Positions 33,862-44,660 of a DNA stretch of 64,000 nucleotides are shown here, one piece after another. Every line of letters starts with the position of its first letter. The stretch's first letter is position 1. Both the position numbers and the translations under genes were made by a program. Under the pieces are notes generated by a model. It saw nothing but the letters and a program-made list of their open reading frames with translations. It had not been told where the DNA came from and searched no databases. This DNA is from Thermoplasmata archaeon (GTDB lineage Archaea > Thermoplasmatota > E2 > JACPAO01 > JAHFTW01): positions 64,001 to 128,000 of the forward strand of contig JAXDQS010000010.1 in the NCBI GenBank assembly GCA_034667725.1, read 5' to 3'.

Positions 33862-34983
33862 CTAGCGCAGGATGCCCATCTCGGTGAGCTTCTCCGGCAG
33901 GTATGTGTCCGTCACGAAGTCCAAACCGTATTTGGCGAGCGCCTGCTGTTCCGACTTCTTCTGCATCTCGAGCTGGAGGTTGATCTCGCCGCGCCAATAG
34001 TCGTCGTTGAAGCGCGGGTCGTCCAGCTCCGCCTTCAGGGCATCGACGTCCTGGTCCGTCAGCTTGTCCGTCGGCAGGTCGTAGTTGATGATGTCCGACG
34101 GGGTGACGCCGAGGAACTGCGCCGTGGGGGTCGCGAGGTGCTCGGACAGGTGCGCGGTCTTGATGGCGCCGTAGGCGACGCTTGCGAAGATGCGGAACGA
34201 CCATGGGTCGCCATCGGTGAAGACGACGACCGGCTGGTTGGCCTCCTCGTTGAGGCGCTTGAGGAGGCGGCGGGTGCTGCGCGCGGGCTGGCCCTTGAGG
34301 TGGACCAGGGTGCAGTTGTACTTCGTGTCGAAGCCGTTCTCCACCAGGCGCGCGAACATGCCGCCCGTCTCGATGGCCACCACGAAGTCGGTCTTGACGT
34401 CCTTGAAGCTGAGGCGGTCGGGCTCGACGTTGTAGGGGATGTTGTAGCCGGCGTCGCCCACGTCGTCCTGGCAGTGCAGGCTGCGCCGGGTGCCGGAGCG
34501 GGTGGTCTCGACGACGCGCAGGTTGCCCATCATGGCGGCGCCGTTCTCCTCGGGGCGGAGCTTGAAGTCCTCGCGCATCGAGCCCGTCATGACCTCCAGG
34601 TCCTCGGCCAACAGGTCGGACTCGTCCTGGGAGTGGAACTTGGCGAGGTCCCAGCCTTCGCTGATGTAGTACATCTCACGCAGCGTGGACGACTTGTTCT
34701 CCCCGATCATCTGCTTGATGAAGTCGGTGAGGTACATCGTCCGCAGCAGCATGTAGGCGCCGTCGAGCGACTTGGCCGAGCGGGTCGTGAACTCGCTGCC
34801 GTACTTCCACACCGAGTGCTTCGGGTCGAAGACGATGTTGCCCTTGTTGCGGCTGCTGAGTTGCACCTCGGGGATGCTGGCGGCCTTGAGGTGCTTGTAG
34901 ATGGTCTCGGCGATGCCGTCCAGCGACTCGGTGGCGGTGGCCTCGCGCTGGGCCTTGGTGTCGCGCTTGCCTTTCTCGGCCAT
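33862..34983 (-). CDS. top6A: DNA topoisomerase VI subunit A
   Basis: [31 protein letters not shown]. Confidence 0.96.
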   Translation of the reverse strand: MAEKGKRDTKAQREATATESLDGIAETIYKHLKAASIPEVQLSSRNKGNIVFDPKHSVWKYGSEFTTRSAKSLDGAYMLLRTMYLTDFIKQMIGENKSSTLREMYYISEGWDLAKFHSQDESDLLAEDLEVMTGSMREDFKLRPEENGAAMMGNLRVVETTRSGTRRSLHCQDDVGDAGYNIPYNVEPDRLSFKDVKTDFVVAIETGGMFARLVENGFDTKYNCTLVHLKGQPARSTRRLLKRLNEEANQPVVVFTDGDPWSFRIFASVAYGAIKTAHLSEHLATPTAQFLGVTPSDIINYDLPTDKLTDQDVDALKAELDDPRFNDDYWRGEINLQLEMQKKSEQQALAKYGLDFVTDTYLPEKLTEMGILR

Positions 34984-35027
34984 TCAGGCGCCTCCTTGAA
35001 CCACGGACTGCACGGAGAAGGGAGCCA

Positions 35028-37112
35028 TCAGGCCTCCCCTCCATACCACGGGTCCGCGCCCACGACATGCACCTCGTTGATGCCTTCCACGTACACGTCG
35101 GCGTCGTCCATGGCGCCCTTGTCCACGCCGCCCACGTCGTAGGCGATGGCGGTCTTCTCGGTCGGCTTGAGGGCGGGGATTTCCCACATGACGTAGCGCT
35201 CCTTGACGGCCTTGGGCGCCGGGTCGGCCTTGACGAAGACGGCGCGGTCGGGCAGCACGAGGTAGAGGCGGAACTTCTTGCTGCCCATCATGTAGTTGGT
35301 GAGGGTCAGCTCGGCCTTTGCGAGGTAGGCCTGGCGCGGCTTCGCGGGTTCCTGCTGCACCACCACGACGGCGGCCTCCGCCGGCTCGGCGAACGCCTCC
35401 AGCGTGCCTTTCTTGCCCTTCTTCGCGGGCTCGGGGTCGGCTTCGGGGGGCGGCGCCAGGTCCTGCTGCGGCTTGGGCGGCTCGGCGGCGAGCGTCTGGC
35501 CTTCGAGCTTCTCGTAGGCGACCTTGGGGTCCTCGATCCAGACGACGTCCATGATCTTGCAGACGATGGGGGCCAGGTCGGCCTCGGGCTTGCCCAGCAC
35601 CGACGCGGCCTTCTTGTTGATCTCGGGGAGGATCTTGTTGACGAGGGTGAACTTCTCGGACACCTTGGCGCGCTTGGCCTTCTTGGAGAGGTGGCGGCCC
35701 AGCCCGCGGGCGGCCTCCTGCAAGGCCAGCTTGATCTCCTTGTGAATCTCCTCCAGCGGCGCCACGGCCTCCTTGGCCTCGGAGGTGAACGGGACCTTGG
35801 TGGAGGCGACGTGGACCAGCAGGATGGCGGGGCCGTTGGGCATCCCTTTGCCGCCGCGCTGCTCCAGGCCGTATCTCCGCCAGTCGACGTCCTGCACCGC
35901 GACCGTGGACGCGCAGCCGCCGCCTTGGTACAGCAGGGGGACGCGGTTGGCGAACCGGAGGATGCGCACGGCCTCCTGGGCCGGCAGGGTGCCGCCGTAG
36001 ACGATGCCGACCTCGACCTGGAACGGATGGCCGCCCCAGACCGACGGCGGGCGGGTCACGGTGGTGATGAACTCGGGGCTGACGTCCTCGGTCTCCTTCT
36101 TGAGGCCGCGCCGCACCAGCAGGTCGGTGATGGGGCTGAGGCAGTCGGTCGGCGGCGCCATGATCTTGACCTTGGGGAACGCCTCGTAGAGCCGGCGCGC
36201 CTCCTCGCGGGTGAGGTCCTTGGGGTCGAGGTTCTCCAGCTTGGCCTCCTGGAGGATCTTCTTGGCGGTGTCCGAGCCGACGCTCGAGAACTCCTCGATC
36301 AGGAAGGTGCTGACCTTGCGCTGCTTGGCGTCGGCGGCCATCTTGAGGATGGTGCCAAGCTCGGTGCCGTGCGGGTGCGGCTTGATCTCCTGGGTCTTGG
36401 GCGGGACCTCGTCGGTGACCCGGTCGAACACGGTCGTCTGGCCGTTCGGGTCGGTGAAGGTGAGGCGGGCGTGGGGGTTGACGATGGAGGTGGCGCGCAG
36501 GAACTCGAAGGCGGACTGGCGGCCGCCCTGGAACTTGGCCTTGATGTGGACCTCGATGCGAGTGCCGTGCGGCTTGGTCCAGGACTCGTCCTGCTCGGTG
36601 CTGTAGACGTCGGGCTCGTTCTTCTTGGTGTTGAGCCCCAGCTCCATTCGGACGGCGGGGTAGCCGACGCCGATCTTCGAGGTCACGATGGCGTGGTGGC
36701 CGGTGGTGAGCTGGCCGTACAGGACGACGGCGGAGATGCCGATGCCCTGCTGGCCGCGCGACTGGCGGATGGCGTGGAACCGCGAGCCGTAGAGCAGGCG
36801 GGCGAAGATGTTGGGAAGCTGCTTCTTGACGATGCCCGGCCCGTTGTCCTCGACCACGACCTTGAGCTCGTCGGGGTGGGTGCCCTTCTCGACCCGGATC
36901 TCGATGTCGGGCAGGATGCCCGCCTCCTCGCAGGCGTCGAGCGAGTTGTCGACGGCCTCCTTGATGGCGGTGATGAGCGCCTTGATAGGCGAGTCGAAGC
37001 CCAGGATCTGGCGGTTGCGCTCGAAGAACTCGGCGACCGAGATCTCCTTCTGGCCCGCCGCCAGCGTCTCCGCGATGGGCTGCTTGGGGGCCTTCGCTTT
37101 TGGCGTGGTCAT
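35028..37112 (-). CDS. top6B: DNA topoisomerase VI subunit B
   Basis: [41 protein letters not shown]. Confidence 0.96.
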   Translation of the reverse strand: MTTPKAKAPKQPIAETLAAGQKEISVAEFFERNRQILGFDSPIKALITAIKEAVDNSLDACEEAGILPDIEIRVEKGTHPDELKVVVEDNGPGIVKKQLPNIFARLLYGSRFHAIRQSRGQQGIGISAVVLYGQLTTGHHAIVTSKIGVGYPAVRMELGLNTKKNEPDVYSTEQDESWTKPHGTRIEVHIKAKFQGGRQSAFEFLRATSIVNPHARLTFTDPNGQTTVFDRVTDEVPPKTQEIKPHPHGTELGTILKMAADAKQRKVSTFLIEEFSSVGSDTAKKILQEAKLENLDPKDLTREEARRLYEAFPKVKIMAPPTDCLSPITDLLVRRGLKKETEDVSPEFITTVTRPPSVWGGHPFQVEVGIVYGGTLPAQEAVRILRFANRVPLLYQGGGCASTVAVQDVDWRRYGLEQRGGKGMPNGPAILLVHVASTKVPFTSEAKEAVAPLEEIHKEIKLALQEAARGLGRHLSKKAKRAKVSEKFTLVNKILPEINKKAASVLGKPEADLAPIVCKIMDVVWIEDPKVAYEKLEGQTLAAEPPKPQQDLAPPPEADPEPAKKGKKGTLEAFAEPAEAAVVVVQQEPAKPRQAYLAKAELTLTNYMMGSKKFRLYLVLPDRAVFVKADPAPKAVKERYVMWEIPALKPTEKTAIAYDVGGVDKGAMDDADVYVEGINEVHVVGADPWYGGEA

Positions 37113-37234
37113 CGTGAAGGGCTCCGGTGGGGTGGCCTGGCCCGCGCTCAAGCTGAGGTGGCCTCCAGGTGCATCCGTTTCCCTGGAGCCCAGGTGGGGT
37201 TTTAGGGGGTTCGTTCCAGGTTGGTGAACCGGTT

Positions 37235-37819
37235 TCAGGCGCAGTGGGAGGCCGTGCCGGTCCCCGACGCGAGCGTGTGCCAGCCCGGCGTCGCCACCGT
37301 GCCGTTGTAGGCCGTGACGGTCGTGCATCGGCCGTCGACGACATGGACGACCACGGCCATGTGGGCGCTGCCTTGGCCCGCCTGCACCTCGACGGTGCCG
37401 TCCGCCGGGTCCGGATCGATGCTCCACGGGTCGTAGCGCAGCGTCTGGCACTTCGGCTTCCCCGACAGGTCGGCCTTGAGGTGGACGATGGCCGGCCCGG
37501 TCGCCGTCACCTGCAACAGCGTGCCCCGGTTGACGGTGAGCAGGCGCCAGGTCGCGTTGACCGCGGTGGCGGCGCCGGCCGCCCAGTCCTGGGGCGCCAT
37601 GCAGCGGTCCAGGTGGGGCAGCGGCACGCCGACGTCGAGCGGGCCGTCCACCGTCACCAGGAAGATGCCCTCGGCCCCGTCGTCGTCCGAGGACGTCGCC
37701 GTGCTGGTGCCTGTGGCGGTGCCGCGGCCCGTGCCGGGGGCCGTGCTGCTGGACGGGCCGTCGCCCGAGCAGCCGGCAAGCAGGAGGGCGGCGACGGCTA
37801 GCATGGCAAGGAGGCGCAT
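37235..37819 (-). CDS. Putative lipoprotein
   Basis: LLAGC lipobox and Ser/Thr linker. Confidence 0.7.
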   Translation of the reverse strand: MRLLAMLAVAALLLAGCSGDGPSSSTAPGTGRGTATGTSTATSSDDDGAEGIFLVTVDGPLDVGVPLPHLDRCMAPQDWAAGAATAVNATWRLLTVNRGTLLQVTATGPAIVHLKADLSGKPKCQTLRYDPWSIDPDPADGTVEVQAGQGSAHMAVVVHVVDGRCTTVTAYNGTVATPGWHTLASGTGTASHCA

Positions 37820-37856
37820 GGCGGCGGCACCGCGCACCCTGCCGTGAGGGTTGCGC

Positions 37857-38354
37857 CTACGTTCGGCGCCGGACGTTCACGACTTTCTCGACCGTGGCGT
37901 GGACGGTGCCGTCGGCGGCCACGAGGTCCACCGCGTAGCTCCGGTCCAGTTTCGGCGTCGTTTCCAGGAGACGGCGCACCTCGGCCACTTCGGCGTCCGG
38001 CAGCCGGCACACCGCGGTCAGCGTGGACTTGCCGGGCTTGCGGAACCGGATGCTGGCCGACTTGTCCCACACCAGGTAATCGGGCCCGAGCCGGTGCATC
38101 AGCATGAACATGAAATGCGGATCGACGGCCGCGTAGAGCGAGCCCCCGAAGATGGTGCCGACGTAGTTGCGGGTGCGGCGCGACAGCGGGATGCGCACCT
38201 CCACCTCGGACCAGTCGGGCGCGATGCGCACCACCTTGCCGCCGGTGCCGCGGAAGCACGGCCAGCGGTTCAGGAGGTGGCGGAACTGGTTGGGCTTGCG
38301 GTGCGCCCAGCGGTGCAGCCGGCCGGTGGCGATGCCGCCGTGCTCGGAGGCCAT
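37857..38354 (-). CDS. DUF4442/PaaI hot-dog thioesterase-like protein
   Basis: TRNYVGTIFGGSLY, VWDKSASIRFRKPG. Confidence 0.85.
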   Translation of the reverse strand: MASEHGGIATGRLHRWAHRKPNQFRHLLNRWPCFRGTGGKVVRIAPDWSEVEVRIPLSRRTRNYVGTIFGGSLYAAVDPHFMFMLMHRLGPDYLVWDKSASIRFRKPGKSTLTAVCRLPDAEVAEVRRLLETTPKLDRSYAVDLVAADGTVHATVEKVVNVRRRT

Positions 38355-38363
38355 GCCGGGGGC

Positions 38364-38744
38364 TTAGGCCATGGCCTGCTTGGCGCTTGCCATGCCCGCC
38401 GCGATGGAGATGATGCCGAGGGCGAGGTGCAGGAGGTTGTCGCCCAGCGCGACGTGCCAGGAGCCGATGGTGTCCATGAAGAACCCGACGACGCCGACCA
38501 GGACGTAGACCGCGCCGTAGGCGATGGTGATGCGGCCCAGCAGCAGGTCGTCCTTGACGCCGAAGGCGAGGCCGAGGGTCAGCACGGCGAGGACCCAGTG
38601 CAGCAGCATCTCGCCGCCTTCGATGTGGAACATCATCGGGTGGAGCGTCTTGTAGAAGTCCGTCATGCCGAGGATGGCGGTCAGGACCAAGACGACGCCG
38701 AGCAGGGTCATCCACATGCGGGCGGGCGAGCGGGACATGGCCAT
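38364..38744 (-). CDS. 4-TM membrane protein (DUF4383-like)
   Basis: GAVYVLVGVVG, DNLLHLALG. Confidence 0.7.
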   Translation of the reverse strand: MAMSRSPARMWMTLLGVVLVLTAILGMTDFYKTLHPMMFHIEGGEMLLHWVLAVLTLGLAFGVKDDLLLGRITIAYGAVYVLVGVVGFFMDTIGSWHVALGDNLLHLALGIISIAAGMASAKQAMA

Positions 38745-38800
38745 GGGGTTCCCGATCGTTCACAATCATAAGAAAGCGAGATGATTTTCGGAAGGGGCGA

Positions 38801-40201
38801 TCACAGCGGCCCAGGGACCGGCCCCGTGTAGCGGTAGGCGTACAGGCCGGTGCCGCGCTCCGTCACCCACAAGAGCCCGTCGTGCCAGCGTGCCTGGTAG
38901 GCGTTGGGCAGGAAGCCGTCCGGGTCGAAGTTGGGCTTCTTCCACCAGATGGGGCCGGGGTAGCCCGCGGTCGCGTCGCCGTTGGGGAAGGCGTAGCCCA
39001 GCGCCTTGGGGGCCGCCGGGTCGGTGCCGTCCAGGATCCACACGCCGGCGTGGTAGTGCGCCACCGCCACCAGCCCGGTCGCCATGTCCGGCGCCACCGT
39101 GTGCGGGCTCAGGAGGAACTGCCCCTCGATCGAAAGGTTGCCTGGCAGCGTCCACGTCCCCAGCTGACGCAACGCCGCCGGGTCCGACGCGTCGTAGCTC
39201 CGGACCGCCCCCGTCCCGGTGGCCAGGCTCCCGATCTCCGGCGCGCTCCACGCGATGGTGCGCCCGTCGCGCCGCGCCCGCTCCTCCTGGATCGTCCAAT
39301 GGATGGCCAGCGCGTCGCTCGGCTGCTGCTCCTTGTTCACGCCCAACGGGACCAGCGCCGACGGGGTGCTGGCGTCGAACGTGACGACCCCGCCGTCCCA
39401 GTGGCTGACGTAGCCGATGCGCCGGCCGTCCGGATGCTGCTGCACGAGCACGTCGTGGGGGAAGCTGCGGCCGTCGTCGAGGAGGGCGGGATGGCGGAAC
39501 TCGCCCACGGGAACCAGCGCGGCGCCGACGGGGGACTCCACCAGGCGCGCGACCCCGACCTTGTTGCCGCCGGGCGTGTTGTCGGAATCGAGCGGCTGGC
39601 CGACGTAGAACAGGTAGAGGCCGTCCGGGTACGCCACCAGGTCCATGTTGTGCGTGCCCAGGAGCTCGACCGGGAACACCGACGACAGCTTCGGGGCGGC
39701 CAGGTCTGCCAGGTCCACGACGTGGATGCACGCGCTGCACGCCGCCACCGGATCGGCGGGGACCGCCGCGCCAGGAATCTCCTGCACGTTCTGGAACGCC
39801 CAGCGGCCGTCAGGCGACACCCGCACCTCCTGGAAGCCGGAGCCCGGCGCGCGGTAGTCGCCCAGCACCTGGATGCCGGCCGGGTCGGTGATGTCCGCCA
39901 CCGTGAAGCCACCCTCCGCGTCGCCGTCCACCGCCACGAACGCCAAAGTCCGATTGCCTTGCTGATGCAGCACGAAGTTGGCGAAGCCGTTCTCGCCCAG
40001 CACGACGCCCAGGCTCGACCACGCCACCTGCTCCAGGTTGTAGGCGCCACGATGCAGCGACGAGTCCGTGTGGTCGTGGTCCATCTCGATGGGCGTGCCG
40101 ATGCCGGCGTCCACGGGGTCCGGCGGGGGCGTGGGCGGGCTGGACGGGGCCATGCAGCCGGCGACGGCAAGCAGCAGCAGGACGGCCAAGGCGGCGCGCA
40201 C
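38801..40201 (-). CDS. LVIVD-repeat beta-propeller lipoprotein
   Basis: VAGC lipobox; repeats VADITDP, VVDLAD, YDASDP, ILDGTDP. Confidence 0.8.
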   Translation of the reverse strand: MRAALAVLLLLAVAGCMAPSSPPTPPPDPVDAGIGTPIEMDHDHTDSSLHRGAYNLEQVAWSSLGVVLGENGFANFVLHQQGNRTLAFVAVDGDAEGGFTVADITDPAGIQVLGDYRAPGSGFQEVRVSPDGRWAFQNVQEIPGAAVPADPVAACSACIHVVDLADLAAPKLSSVFPVELLGTHNMDLVAYPDGLYLFYVGQPLDSDNTPGGNKVGVARLVESPVGAALVPVGEFRHPALLDDGRSFPHDVLVQQHPDGRRIGYVSHWDGGVVTFDASTPSALVPLGVNKEQQPSDALAIHWTIQEERARRDGRTIAWSAPEIGSLATGTGAVRSYDASDPAALRQLGTWTLPGNLSIEGQFLLSPHTVAPDMATGLVAVAHYHAGVWILDGTDPAAPKALGYAFPNGDATAGYPGPIWWKKPNFDPDGFLPNAYQARWHDGLLWVTERGTGLYAYRYTGPVPGPL

Positions 40202-40264
40202 GATGGGACGACCCGCGCCGCGCGTCTTGATGGTTTTCATATCCCGGCACAGGGTCCGCGCCGC

Positions 40265-40504
40265 GTGGAGAAGGCCCACTGCCCCCGCTGCGCCGGCTAC
40301 GAGGACCGCGTCATGCGGCGCGCTCCCGGCGAGGAGCTGCCGGCGTCGGCCAAGCCCTGCCCCGACTACGCCATGTCCGACCGCTTCCGCGACTGGGCCG
40401 TCGGCCAGATGCAGAAGGAGGTCATGGGCGAGGTCACCAAGTCCGGCCTCAACCGCATGGCCATCCTGAAGTCCCCCGAAACCGAGCCTAAGCCAGAAGC
40501 CTGA
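40265..40504 (+). CDS. Small hypothetical protein with CPRC motif
   Basis: GTG start after TATA-like TTTTCATAT at ~40234; host codon bias. Confidence 0.55.
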   Translation: MEKAHCPRCAGYEDRVMRRAPGEELPASAKPCPDYAMSDRFRDWAVGQMQKEVMGEVTKSGLNRMAILKSPETEPKPEA

Positions 40505-41309
40505 TCGCCAGGAACAGCAGGCCCGCGCCCACCAAGGCGCCGATGCTGAACTTCAGCAGGCTGCGCGTGTCCGCGTTGTCGCGCGCGAACTCCTCCACCC
40601 GCTCGCCCAACGTCGGCCGCCGCGCCACCAGCACCGCCTCGTGCTCGACCGCGGCCTCGTCCAGGGCGCCCTCGATCGGCACCGGGGCGCGGCCCAGCAC
40701 CGCCGAGGTGAGCGGCGTCGGCGCGGCGTCGGCCACCGGCTCGACCTCCGGGGCCGCCGGCTGGAGCCAGGAGAACCGGGGCGCAGCCGCCGCGGGGGCC
40801 GGGGCCGGGTTGCGCCACAGGCTGACCGGCTCGGCGACAGGCTCCGGAACCGGGGGGTCCACGTCCGGGCGCGCGCGGCCCGACGCCGGCCACGGATGCG
40901 CCTCCAGGTCGCGCGCCGCCGAATCGGCGCCAAGGGTGGGGCCGCCGACGTTGGGGATCGGGTTCGGCTCCACCAGCGCCACGTCGTCCACCACGACGAC
41001 GCCGAACTGCGCGGCCATGCGGCGCAATTCCGGCTGCAGCTCCGGCGCCGCGATGACCGGCGTCGCGCCGATGTCGCGGGCCAGCTTGCGGACCCGGCCC
41101 AGCTCGGGGCCGTCCACGCCGGCGGCGTCGCCGAAGGAGACCAGGAGGGCGCCGAGCGGGCCGGTGGCCACCATGTCCACGGCGTACACGTTCTCGGAGG
41201 CGCCGCGCACCCGGGCGTTCTCGCGCACCTGGTAGCCCTTGCCCCGGTAGAAGTCCGCGACACGGGAGCGGAACGGCGCGGTCTCGCCCGGCAGGGGCTG
41301 CAGCAGCAT
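40488..41309 (-). CDS. Degenerate Mrr-like (PD-(D/E)xK fold) protein with C-terminal TM
   Basis: GYQVRENARVRGASENVYAVDMVA; Pro-rich linker; TM tail. Confidence 0.55.
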   Translation of the reverse strand: MLLQPLPGETAPFRSRVADFYRGKGYQVRENARVRGASENVYAVDMVATGPLGALLVSFGDAAGVDGPELGRVRKLARDIGATPVIAAPELQPELRRMAAQFGVVVVDDVALVEPNPIPNVGGPTLGADSAARDLEAHPWPASGRARPDVDPPVPEPVAEPVSLWRNPAPAPAAAAPRFSWLQPAAPEVEPVADAAPTPLTSAVLGRAPVPIEGALDEAAVEHEAVLVARRPTLGERVEEFARDNADTRSLLKFSIGALVGAGLLFLAIRLLA

Positions 41310-41502
41310 ACGCCGCGACCACGCCTGGGACGGGATAAACGGGTTTCGAGTTGAACTGGACCCCACGCTTGCCTTCAAATAGGTGGGCTCTGTCGCGAGG
41401 CTTGCCCTTCCCCTTGTCCTCCCGTCGCCGGCTCCGCGTGGACCGGACGCCGGGCCACCCGCTCCCGGGAATCGGCGTCGGAGCGGGCCACTGGTGAAAC
41501 CC

Positions 41503-41793
41503 ATGAAGATGCCCCGCACCGTCAAGCGGTACTGCGACCACAAGTGCCAGTCGCACACCGACCACGACGTCGAACGTGTCAAGAAGCGCCGCGCCAGCGA
41601 ACTGTCCTGGGGCCAGCGGCGGTTCCGCAAGGTGACCTCCGGCTACACCGGCTTCCCCCGTCCGAAGCCGGAGGGCCGCGAGAAGCCGACGAAGCGCGTG
41701 TTCCTGCGCTACGTCTGCAAGAAGTGCGGCAAGGCGCACCAGCCCAACGCCATCCGCGCCAAGAAGTTCGAGCTCATCGAGGTGAAGGCCTGA
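41503..41793 (+). CDS. rpl44e: 50S ribosomal protein L44e
   Basis: MKMPRTVKRYC, SELSWGQRR, KPTKR..CKKCGK. Confidence 0.95.
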   Translation: MKMPRTVKRYCDHKCQSHTDHDVERVKKRRASELSWGQRRFRKVTSGYTGFPRPKPEGREKPTKRVFLRYVCKKCGKAHQPNAIRAKKFELIEVKA

Positions 41794-41969
41794 TGGTCGC
41801 AACCCGCGCGCAGTTCGTGAAGGTCAAGTGCGGCGACTGCGGCAACGAGCAGGTCGCCTTCAACCGTCCCGCCACCAAGGTCAACTGCCTGGTGTGCGGC
41901 GCCACTTTGGCGCACCCGACGGGCGGCTTCGCGAACTTCAAGGCGGAGATCGTCTCCGTCCTCGAGTAG
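41793..41969 (+). CDS. rps27e: 30S ribosomal protein S27e
   Basis: FVKVKCGDCGNEQ..CLVCG..PTGG. Confidence 0.95.
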   Translation: MVATRAQFVKVKCGDCGNEQVAFNRPATKVNCLVCGATLAHPTGGFANFKAEIVSVLE

Positions 41970-42015
41970 GCCACGGCCTGCTTCCCTCCTCCTTTCCTCT
42001 CCTTTCGTTTCTACT

Positions 42016-42450
42016 CTACGCCAAGGCCACCACGAGCGCGGCGGCCAGCAGCGCGACGGCCCCCAGCGCCCAGCCCCATCCGAACCGGGAGCGGCCCTGC
42101 ACGCGCCGCAGCTCGAACGCCCACCACAGCGCCATGAACAGGAAGGCGTCCACGAGGGCGGCGGCGAGGCCGAGCAGCCCGCCCACGACGGGCCCGACGG
42201 GCAGCACGCCGGCGGCGGCCAGGCTCCCGTAGCCCGCGACCGACATGACGAAGATGCTCCAGAAGCCGACGCGGTCGCGGCGCCAGATGGCCTCGACGAC
42301 GGGCGGGTTGGGCCCGCGGAAGTCCACCGTGAGCACCCCTTCGGCCTCGCGCCGCAGCCGCACCTGCCGGCCGTGCGCCTTGGCGGCGAGCACCACCGCT
42401 GCGGCCGCGAGCACCACCGCCACGCCGCCTTGCAGCAGCGGGTCGGTCAC
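42016..42450 (-). CDS. Membrane protein
   Basis: About four TM segments; GTGA overlap with upstream gene. Confidence 0.6.
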   Translation of the reverse strand: MTDPLLQGGVAVVLAAAAVVLAAKAHGRQVRLRREAEGVLTVDFRGPNPPVVEAIWRRDRVGFWSIFVMSVAGYGSLAAAGVLPVGPVVGGLLGLAAALVDAFLFMALWWAFELRRVQGRSRFGWGWALGAVALLAAALVVALA

Positions 42451-43580
42451 GGCGTCTCCCGCGGCGTGCCTTCGGCGCACGCCTGGCGGTGGGCCTCGGG
42501 CACGGCCAGGCAGCGCTCGGCGCGCGCCTCGGGGCGCGACTCCAGCGCCACGTGCATGTCGCCGACCGCCTGGTAGCAGTAGGCGACGACGGCGGCCAGG
42601 AGGACGGCGCAGCGGTCGAGGCCGGCCTGCAGGTCGCCGGCGTGGTTGATGCTCTCCATCACGACGCTGCGCATGCAGTGCAGGCTCGCCGTCTGGTTGG
42701 GCGCCAGCTCGCACGCCGCCAGGGCGGAGCGGCCGTCGATGCGCTCCTGCGCCGCCACCACCTGCCCGATGCCCGACTCGCACGCCAGCGCGTAGGCGCC
42801 GGCCTGGGCGCACGCCTCGAACGCCGCGGTCAGGTTGCCGCCGCGCAGCAGCAGCACGACGCCGGGCTGGACCTGCCAGCAGCCGACCAGGAGCGCCACC
42901 GGCACCAGCTGGTCGCACGGGAACAAGATGTCCTCTGGCAGGATGCGCGGGACGCCGTGGGTGCCATGGACGTGGGCGCCGGCCTTCTCGTCCACCAGGT
43001 TCTGCATGAAGACGCCGCTGCCGCAGTTGACCTGGTCCTCGAAGGACGCGATGCCCATGCAGCGGCCGCCGGCCTGGATCCAGTCGCCGTCGAACGCCAT
43101 CAGGAGGCCGTGGCCGACGCCGTGCCAGCATTGGTGGACGAGGTGCTGCGCCTTCGGCCCGTCCGCCACGCACAGGCCCTCCAGCGGCGCGTCCGGCGGG
43201 CTGCGCGCCAGGTGCGCCTCGACGACGCCGTGCAGGCAGCCGGAGCCCATGCCCGGCGGGCACGCGGCCATCGCGCGGTGGACGTCGCCGTGCAGGTCGA
43301 GCGCGAACCGCCCGAGCGCGTGCGCCCACTGGTGCGCGTCGCCGGCGGTCCCGTCGAGGGCCGTGACGTTGGCCAAGAGGGCGAACGCCGCGCCGGCGCC
43401 TTCCGCCCGCATCACGTCCTGGAGCGCGTCCTGCACGCAGGCCGGCGGGTCGGCGCGGGGCGCGCACCACGCCAACAGGCCGGCGGCGTCCCGCGGCGGC
43501 CCCGCGTCCGCGGGCGCAGGCGTCGTGCAGCCGGCCAGCAGCAGGATGGCCGCCATGGCAGCGCCCGCAAGCCCACGCAT
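42447..43580 (-). CDS. Cys/His-rich helical-repeat lipoprotein
   Basis: LLAGC; HQWAHALG, CLHG, CWHGVGHG, CGSGVFM repeats. Confidence 0.75.
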   Translation of the reverse strand: MRGLAGAAMAAILLLAGCTTPAPADAGPPRDAAGLLAWCAPRADPPACVQDALQDVMRAEGAGAAFALLANVTALDGTAGDAHQWAHALGRFALDLHGDVHRAMAACPPGMGSGCLHGVVEAHLARSPPDAPLEGLCVADGPKAQHLVHQCWHGVGHGLLMAFDGDWIQAGGRCMGIASFEDQVNCGSGVFMQNLVDEKAGAHVHGTHGVPRILPEDILFPCDQLVPVALLVGCWQVQPGVVLLLRGGNLTAAFEACAQAGAYALACESGIGQVVAAQERIDGRSALAACELAPNQTASLHCMRSVVMESINHAGDLQAGLDRCAVLLAAVVAYCYQAVGDMHVALESRPEARAERCLAVPEAHRQACAEGTPRETP

Positions 43581-43666
43581 CAGCCCTTCAGGGACGCTGC
43601 CGCGCAAAACCGTTTGCGGACGCCGGGCCGGTCGCGCTTTTGAAGGCCGCCCCCGTCGCGGTTCTC

Positions 43667-44467
43667 GTGGCAAAGCTGAATCCCTTCCCCGAGGAGGGCG
43701 AGCTCGTCGTCGGCACGGTGCGCGAGGTCCAGAACTTCGGCGCCTTCGTCACCCTCGAGGAGTACCCCGGCAAGGAGGGCTTCTGCCACATCCGCGAGGT
43801 CGCGCCCGGCTGGGTCAAGAGGATCCGCGACTACGTGCGCGAGCAGCAGCGCGTCGTCTGCAAGGTCCAGGGCGTCGACGCCAAGAAGGGCCACATCGAC
43901 CTCAGCATCAAGGCGGTCAACGACCACCAGAAGCGCGAGACCGTGCAGGCGTGGAAGAACGAGCAGAAGGCGGACAAGTTCATGGAGCTCATGGCCGAGC
44001 GCCAAGGCACCACCCTCCCCAAGCTCATCGACCAGTTCGGCCGCACGCTCATCGCCAAGTTCGGCACCCTCTACCAGGCCTTCACGGAGGCCGCCGAGTA
44101 CGGCGACCAGGTGTTCAAGGACGAGGGCATCACGGGCGACTGGGTCCCCGCCTTCGTCGCGTTCGCCAAGGAGAACATCCAGGCCAGCTTCGTCGACATC
44201 GCCGGCTTCGTGGACATCCAGAGCCCCGCCCCGGACGGCGTCAAGCACGTCGCCAAGGCCCTCAAGGCGGCCGAGAAGTCCGAGTTCGAGGACGTCGAGA
44301 TCGAGGTCGCCTACATGGGCGCCCCGCACTACCGCGTCACCGTCAAGGCGCCCGACTTCAAGATCGCCGAGACCGAGCTGCAGAAGGCCGCCGAGCGCGC
44401 CGTCCAGGCCATCCAGAAGGCCGGCGGCTCCGGGGCGTTCCACCGCGAGATGCCCGAGAAGAAGTAG
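43667..44467 (+). CDS. eif2a: Translation initiation factor aIF2 alpha
   Basis: PEEGELVVGTV S1 domain, KGHIDLS, GAPHYR. Confidence 0.95.
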   Translation: MAKLNPFPEEGELVVGTVREVQNFGAFVTLEEYPGKEGFCHIREVAPGWVKRIRDYVREQQRVVCKVQGVDAKKGHIDLSIKAVNDHQKRETVQAWKNEQKADKFMELMAERQGTTLPKLIDQFGRTLIAKFGTLYQAFTEAAEYGDQVFKDEGITGDWVPAFVAFAKENIQASFVDIAGFVDIQSPAPDGVKHVAKALKAAEKSEFEDVEIEVAYMGAPHYRVTVKAPDFKIAETELQKAAERAVQAIQKAGGSGAFHREMPEKK

Positions 44468-44468
44468 C

Positions 44469-44660
44469 ATGACCGTGATGCGCTTCTGCCGGGCCTGCCA
44501 GGACTACACCCTGAAGGACGCGTGCCCCCGCTGCGGCGGCAAGGCGGTCCAGAACACCCCCGCCAAGTTCAGCCCCGAGGACCACTACGGCGAGTACCGG
44601 CGCAAGCTCAAGAAGCTCGACGCCCAAGAGGCCAAGAACCGGCCCCCGGGCCCCTCTTGA
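44469..44660 (+). CDS. nop10: H/ACA RNP protein Nop10
   Basis: YTLKDACPRCG..PAKFSPEDHYGEYRR. Confidence 0.93.
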   Translation: MTVMRFCRACQDYTLKDACPRCGGKAVQNTPAKFSPEDHYGEYRRKLKKLDAQEAKNRPPGPS

